Source of the DNA: Nitrospinales bacterium
GTDB taxonomy: Bacteria; Nitrospinota; Nitrospinia; Nitrospinales; VA-1
Length of the DNA: 64,000 nt
Direction: 5' to 3'
NCBI GenBank assembly: GCA_965223795.1
Contig: CBDCXL010000002.1
Coordinates: forward strand, 2,272,001 to 2,336,000
Each line of letters begins with the position of its first letter. Within the stretch, counting starts at the first letter, position 1. This document shows positions 61,502 through 64,000 of this stretch, piece by piece. Both the position numbers and the translations under genes were made by a program. A model generated the notes under the pieces. That model was not told where the DNA came from and made no database searches. It saw only the letters and a program-made list of their open reading frames with translations.

Positions 61502-63265
61502 TCAACCGCTTTTGAATTTTTCCAGGTCTTTGGGGATCTCGTCGAGAAAGCGGTCCTTGATGGTGAACAGGCCCGGCTTGCCACTGACGCGGGCGTAGCG
61601 GCGTTTTTCGTCGTTTTCGGTGGGATTGCCGACGCTCACGCGCCCGGCAAGATTTTCATTTCCTTTCCAGATGGATACCGTGACGCTGGGTTTGTCGAGG
61701 CCGGACTGTTTGTCGGTGAGCGGCTCCTCGACGATGGATTCGAATTCCAGGTTGGTCAGGGTCCAGAGAATGTCTTTGCCGAGAAATTCGGGCACCGCGT
61801 CGATCGTTTCCGGCTTTTTCAGCGCCCATTCCTTGCCCTTTGCCTTGAGTTCGAAAGTCCGGTCCGGATAGGCGATGGCGATGCGGTCGATGTCCTTTTT
61901 GTCAAATTGCAAAAGCTTTTTGAAGCGCAGATCGTGCAGCGAACGGAACAGTTTTTTAACCGTGTCCTTGCCCAGAGTGAACACGGTGCCGTCCTCGGAG
62001 CGGGTGGCGTAGACGTTTTCCCGGTTGATCGAGTCATTGCCCAGTTTCATCGTCCAGGGATTTTTGTTCCTGCGGTGGACGGTCAGGATTTTGGGTGGGA
62101 AATCGAGCCCGAACAGGGCGGGGCTTTTGTCCACGGTCTTGATGAATTCGCTGATCCGCGCCTGCTTCAGATCGATCAGCACGCTTTTCACGGCGGCGGG
62201 ATCGACGCGCAGGGATTGGGGCTCGGTGATTTTCCAGTCCTTCGCGCCGCTGCGCGCCAGCCGGATGGTTTCCTGGCCGTTCTGGATGTCGAGCTGAGTG
62301 ACGTTTTCCTCCTTAAACTCAAGCAGAGAGCGGTCCATGAACTCGTCGAACTGCCTGGACAGGATTTTGAACATCTGATTGCCCAGAAGGACGACGTTGG
62401 GAGCGCTCTCGACCTTGCCGAAATAGCCCGACGTGTCGCGCTTTTCTCCGGCCAGCAGTGTGAGGGGCTTTCCGGATTTTTTGGAATGCAGTTTTAGCGT
62501 CGCGGCCGGCGCGTTGAGGCCGAATGGGGCGAGCGATTTGGGCGCTTCTTCCACGAACTCCTTGACGCGGGCGTTTTCCAGGGTGTGCAGGAAGTTGTCG
62601 ATCTCGATGGTGTCGCCGCGGGATTTTAGATCCTTGTGCGACACTGTCCAGCGTTCGCCTTTTTTGACCAGGGTGAAATCGTTGTCCGCATTTTTCAGGC
62701 GCACGGTATCGATGTCCCTGGCGTCGAATTTCAACAGGGACTTGTCCCGGAGAGCGAACACCGACTGTTCGAAATCCTCCCGGGCGTCGGCGGCCAGCAG
62801 CACGCGCGTTTCCCCGCCGCGCTGGACGTAGACTTTCTGGTTGAGGGGATTGACATCGCCGATGGCGAGCGTGTGCTCCTTGCCGTCTTTCAGCTTGAGC
62901 CGGACCGTGAGTCCGGGATCCTTCAGGCCGTAGGAAGCGGGGTCTTCGGGGACCTCCTCGACCACGCGGGTGAAGCGGGCGCCGCTGAGTTTCGCCGCGA
63001 AGGCGTTGGCGTTTTCGTTGTCGGCCGCGGCCTTGAGGGGTTCGATCAACTGCCAGGTGTCCGCGTTTTTGCGTTTGAGACGCAGGTTCTGCGCGGCGGA
63101 CTGCAGGGCGAATTCGCTGATATCCGCGGCGTCGAACTGAAAAAGCTGTTCCGATCGCGCTTCCTCGCTTTTTTTCCTTTCCTGGGAAGGCAGCTCGACG
63201 CCGTAATAATAGGCGATGAGCGCGATCAGCGCCACGACCAGCCACAGGGTTCCTTTAAACCTCAT
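61502..63265 (-). CDS. DUF4340 repeat protein (partner of a GldG-type ABC system)
   Basis: N-terminal TM; three repeats with (Y/F/S)GL..P and LRDK/LRFK motifs. Confidence 0.82.
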   Translation of the reverse strand: MRFKGTLWLVVALIALIAYYYGVELPSQERKKSEEARSEQLFQFDAADISEFALQSAAQNLRLKRKNADTWQLIEPLKAAADNENANAFAAKLSGARFTRVVEEVPEDPASYGLKDPGLTVRLKLKDGKEHTLAIGDVNPLNQKVYVQRGGETRVLLAADAREDFEQSVFALRDKSLLKFDARDIDTVRLKNADNDFTLVKKGERWTVSHKDLKSRGDTIEIDNFLHTLENARVKEFVEEAPKSLAPFGLNAPAATLKLHSKKSGKPLTLLAGEKRDTSGYFGKVESAPNVVLLGNQMFKILSRQFDEFMDRSLLEFKEENVTQLDIQNGQETIRLARSGAKDWKITEPQSLRVDPAAVKSVLIDLKQARISEFIKTVDKSPALFGLDFPPKILTVHRRNKNPWTMKLGNDSINRENVYATRSEDGTVFTLGKDTVKKLFRSLHDLRFKKLLQFDKKDIDRIAIAYPDRTFELKAKGKEWALKKPETIDAVPEFLGKDILWTLTNLEFESIVEEPLTDKQSGLDKPSVTVSIWKGNENLAGRVSVGNPTENDEKRRYARVSGKPGLFTIKDRFLDEIPKDLEKFKSG

Positions 63266-64000
63266 AGACGCCGTCTCCTCCACCAGTTGCGGACCCCGGC
63301 CAGCACCACCAGGCCGGGGAACACCACCAGACCGAGGATGTACATCGCGCTTCCCGAGGCGCGCGTCAGCTGCAGCGGGCTGTCCTTGCGCTCGCGCGGA
63401 CGGATCGAGATCAGGTTTTCCTCCTCGGCCAGCCAGGAGGCGGCGTTGAGGAAAAAGTCGCCGTTGCCGCCGGCGCGAAAGTAGCCGTTGCTGGCGAAAT
63501 CCGAATCGCCGATGACGAGCAGCCGCCCTTTGGGCTTGCCGGAGGGGCTTTTCTCAGGCGGGTCCACGGGAGCGTGGCCGGCGGGAAGCTCAGGCTGTTC
63601 CTCCCCGGTCTTGGTGGAGGCGAGCACGGCGACGGGCACCGGCCCCATGCGGTCGACGCCCTGATCGAATTTCACCTTTTTGGAATCGAAATCGGTTTCC
63701 GCCCAGCTGTTCTGCCCGCTCTGCATGAGTTCGGTGGTTTCAATGCCCTCGACCTCATTGGCGGTCACCGAACGCAGCACCGGGTAGACGGTGTCGAGAC
63801 CGAAATCTTTGGTGATGGCGTGCAGGGTGTACTGGCTGATCACCGGCGTCGCGAAGTCGCCGCCGAACAGTTTGGAAAGCGGGTCGATGATGATGTCCTG
63901 CTGCAGGCCGACGCCCCATTTTTCCAGAAGATCGGTCAGGCCGAATTCGGTTTTCGGGTCGGCCTGCAAAAGCACCGCACCGCCCTTGTCCAGGTATTCG
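63262..64000 (-). CDS. GldG/ABC-type uncharacterised transport auxiliary protein (5' end outside the window)
   Basis: SWAETD, IGDSDFASN, NAASWL..EENLISIRPR, C-terminal TM followed by WWRRR. Confidence 0.85.
   Translation of the reverse strand, partial: EYLDKGGAVLLQADPKTEFGLTDLLEKWGVGLQQDIIIDPLSKLFGGDFATPVISQYTLHAITKDFGLDTVYPVLRSVTANEVEGIETTELMQSGQNSWAETDFDSKKVKFDQGVDRMGPVPVAVLASTKTGEEQPELPAGHAPVDPPEKSPSGKPKGRLLVIGDSDFASNGYFRAGGNGDFFLNAASWLAEEENLISIRPRERKDSPLQLTRASGSAMYILGLVVFPGLVVLAGVRNWWRRRRL

Overview
GC-rich chromosomal window with no phage, IS, CRISPR, rRNA or tRNA that I could recognise. The gene content (copper NirK, MobB-MobA/MoeA, a dihaem cytochrome c fused to an EbdC/NxrC-type haem domain, many acidic proteins) suggests a Nitrospina-like nitrite oxidiser; this is an inference. 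Three items stand out. (1) A ~19 kb locus (18.8-37.5 kb) where back-to-back sigma70 promoters drive, on one side, a B12 radical SAM / TPR / methyltransferase / non-canonical radical SAM cluster. On the other side lie eight DUF1566 (Lcl, C-type-lectin fold) genes, mostly without signal peptides, mixed with NHL, TPR, LRR, glutaredoxin-like and SEC-C genes, several with very acidic tails. (2) A ~1.2 kb non-coding region at 59.7-60.9 kb with four NrdR-type boxes in two 31-bp-spaced pairs flanking an IHF site. They overlap a leftward promoter that reads into a nested, switchable RNA structure upstream of dut, and no ribonucleotide reductase gene is nearby. (3) nirK has a sigma54 promoter and shares a palindromic operator with its neighbouring Cys-motif PAS sigma54 activator. 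Three genes carry frameshifts that may be sequencing errors.
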